Shown here piece by piece: positions 8,791 through 10,650 of a stretch of 10,650 nucleotides of DNA (position 1 is its first letter; every line of letters begins with the position of its first letter). Source of the DNA: Octopus sinensis. Taxonomy: Eukaryota. The DNA is taken from positions 1 through 10,650 of the forward strand of contig NW_021827361.1 of assembly GCF_006345805.1 (NCBI RefSeq). The letters run 5' to 3'. The notes below the pieces were generated by a model. The model was given only the letters and a program-made list of their open reading frames with translations. It was not told where the DNA came from and did no database searches. The translations under genes and the position numbers were made by a program.

Positions 8791-8965
8791 GAGCGTATAT
8801 ACAATTCCGATTCTGTTGTTTTCTTTTTGTTTTGTTTTTTTCCTCGGATATTATATTGATTTTTGCTTTTATCCAATGTCAGCATAAAGACATAGTTACG
8901 GAGACATCTTGACCTAGTTAAGACATCGAGAAAATGATTGTTTATATTTTCATCACTGCCAAGAA

Positions 8966-9252
8966 AAGCAAAAAAAACAACAAAAAAATTACCAGAAGTA
9001 AAAAAAAACAAAAAAAACAAAACAAAACAAAAACAAAACATTGCTTAATTTAATACACTAATGACAGTCAAAAATAACTTCAGTAATATGGAAGAACCAG
9101 CGGCAGCGGCGGCGGCGGCGGCGGCGGTGATGGCGGTGATGGCGGTGGTGGTAGAAATGAAAATGCAGTAATGAGGCTTAAACCACCCCCACCTCCCCCC
9201 ATCTCCAACTCCCCCATATCAGCTAACCCCCCCACCCCACCCCAACCCCCCC
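8966..9252. repeat. A-rich/(CAAAA)n at about 8966-9040, (GGC/GGT)n at 9099-9152, and C-run tract at 9183-9252
   Basis: Read directly. Confidence 0.88.
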
Positions 9253-9623
9253 TTCAGCGGAATTTTAAAGGATTAAAATTTCTGAAGAGAGCACATGCGT
9301 CTGACAAGCAAAACGTTTGGAATCTGACATAGTTGTGTCACAGCAGATGTGCGATTTAGTTTGAGCGTTCGAAAACGTTCTCTTTTGTTTGATTGCACAG
9401 GAATTTTAAATGGAAAATCTGCTGTTATCTATCTAATCCGTTAAATATATAACGATAGCAGTAAATAAATGTTTTAAATAATTGCTGCAGAATAGCTGAA
9501 GTCATGCGTAAAAATTACCAACCATGCAGAGCACCTTGATATGCGATGCCAACGGGTTAAGTTAGTCCGGGTTTGCAAGGTGTAGTATCTGGGCTCCGAT
9601 GTTCACCCAACAGTGGGTTACAG

Positions 9624-9915
9624 TGTGTTCTTTCTCGAGCCGTGCCTGGCTCATATGGGCCGGTTTCCTGGTTTCCTTGGCGTATAGGTTCCCCACCTGG
9701 ACGGGACGCCGGTCCGTCGCAGGTGTGCTGCAAGATGCAAGAGGAAAGAGTGAGAGAAAGTTGTGGCAAAAGGGTCAGCAGAAGTGTTGCCATTACCTTC
9801 TGCCGGTGCCGCGTGGAGCTTAGGTGTTTCGCTCATAAACACACACAGCGCCCGGTCTGAGATTCGAACCCGCCATCCCTCGACCGCGAGTCCGCTGCTC
9901 TGACCACTAGGCCAT
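9624..9915 (-). mobile_element. tRNA-derived CORE-type SINE (G), OR1/OR2-like, with TSD
   Basis: Minus strand has A box TGGCCTAGTGG, B box GGTTCGAATCT and CORE-like TTTATGAGCGAAACAC. Its 3' tail is about 85% identical to that of 10195-10455. Flanked by GTGGGTTACAG (9613-9623) and GTGGGTTGCAG (9916-9926). The family name is from recollection. Confidence 0.9.
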
Positions 9916-9941
9916 GTGGGTTGCAGGAGTAAGACTCAGTG

Positions 9942-10152
9942 CATAGGTTCTCAAAGTGGGCACTACGCACCCCCTGTGGGCGTTGAGACGGTCCAGGTGC
10001 GCGCTGGTGCCTAAGGGGGCGGTGGGGAGCACTAGAGAAAAAGGAGGCGTTGGGAGGAAGGCAGTGAATTGGGAGATACTATGAATTTATTATATTATTA
10101 TAGTATTGTATTCAAATTATATAATATTATATTATATATCAAATGATTCATA

Positions 10153-10189
<37 letters not shown>

Positions 10190-10571
10190 TTAGTGGAGGC
10201 GCGTGGCTTAGTGGTTATAGTGTCAGTATCATGATCGTAAGAATGTGGTTTCGATTCCTGGACCGAGCGACGCGTTGTGTTCTTGAGCAAAACACTTCAT
10301 TTCACATTGCTCCAGTCCACTCAGCTGGCAAAAATGAGTAACGCTGCGATGGACTGGCGTCCCGTCCAGTTGGGGAACCATACGCCATAGAAACCGGGAA
10401 ACCGGGCCCATGAGCCTGGCTAGACTTGAAAAGAGCGCATTTATTATTATTTATTTATTAATTAGTAACATATAATATATTTATTTATACATAAAAATAG
10501 GGGTCAGGACGCTGAGGGTATTATGTGGCCATGGGGGAGGGGTGGTGGTTCAAAACGTTTGAGAACCTCTG
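9942..10571. mobile_element. Non-autonomous hAT (Charlie/Buster-like) MITE
   Basis: TIRs CATAGGTTCTCAAA and TTTGAGAACCTCTG (13/14 match). 8-bp TSD ACTCAGTG (9934-9941) and ACTTAGTG (10572-10579). GC-rich subtermini, AT-rich interior, no transposase ORF. Confidence 0.9.
10195..10455 (+). mobile_element. Full-length tRNA-derived CORE-type SINE (F), OR1/OR2-like, nested in the hAT MITE
   Basis: A box TGGCTTAGTGG, B box GTTTCGATTCC, CORE-like TTGTGTTCTTGAGCAAAACACTT..CAGTCCACTCAGCTGGCAAAAATGAG, shared 3' tail and (TTA/TTTA)n end. Perfect 11-bp TSD TATTAATTAGT at 10184-10194 and 10456-10466. Confidence 0.93.
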
Positions 10572-10650
10572 ACTTAGTGCATGAAGATCAACCTTGGGAT
10601 CATTGCGTGAGGGCGTGCCGGTCAGTGCTTAGGGTTTTCGGTTCAAGGTC

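Noticed and set aside
8064-9041. 325-aa minus ORF and overlapping acidic/Gly-rich (8496-8912), poly-Met and poly-His ORFs
   Set aside because: Open in several frames on both strands because of trinucleotide repeats; no credible splice or start context and no recognisable family.
9545-9560. GATGCCAACGGGTTAA as a piggyBac-like right end (..GGG-TTAA)
   Set aside because: No matching left TIR with TTAA found in the window.
10195-10270. tRNA genes at the SINE heads (also 9845-9915 and 7440-7519)
   Set aside because: A and B boxes are present, but there is no intact cloverleaf and each continues into CORE and tail sequence, so they are SINE heads.

Overview
Eukaryotic, extremely microsatellite-rich, apparently non-coding DNA (intergenic or intronic). 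The repeat families match what I recall from octopus (coleoid cephalopod) genomes; this is recognition, not a database result. No protein-coding gene, RNA gene or CRISPR array is supportable, and essentially all listed ORFs are translations of simple repeats. The window holds many compound microsatellites, three tRNA-headed CORE-type SINEs and four co-oriented copies of a SINE 3' module lying in two tandem pairs. At the right end is a well-resolved nested cluster: a SINE with a target-site duplication (TSD), then 7 bp away a hAT MITE with terminal inverted repeats (TIRs) and an 8-bp TSD, which itself carries a second SINE with an 11-bp TSD. The most interesting leads are apparent microsatellite-targeted stacking of retroposon modules, an inverted SINE pair that could form an ADAR substrate, a 50-bp direct repeat 1.1 kb apart, a recurrent variant 14-mer in distant TATG arrays, and a CpG-rich island with a perfect GTCACGTGAC palindrome. 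None amounts to a demonstrated new biological system.
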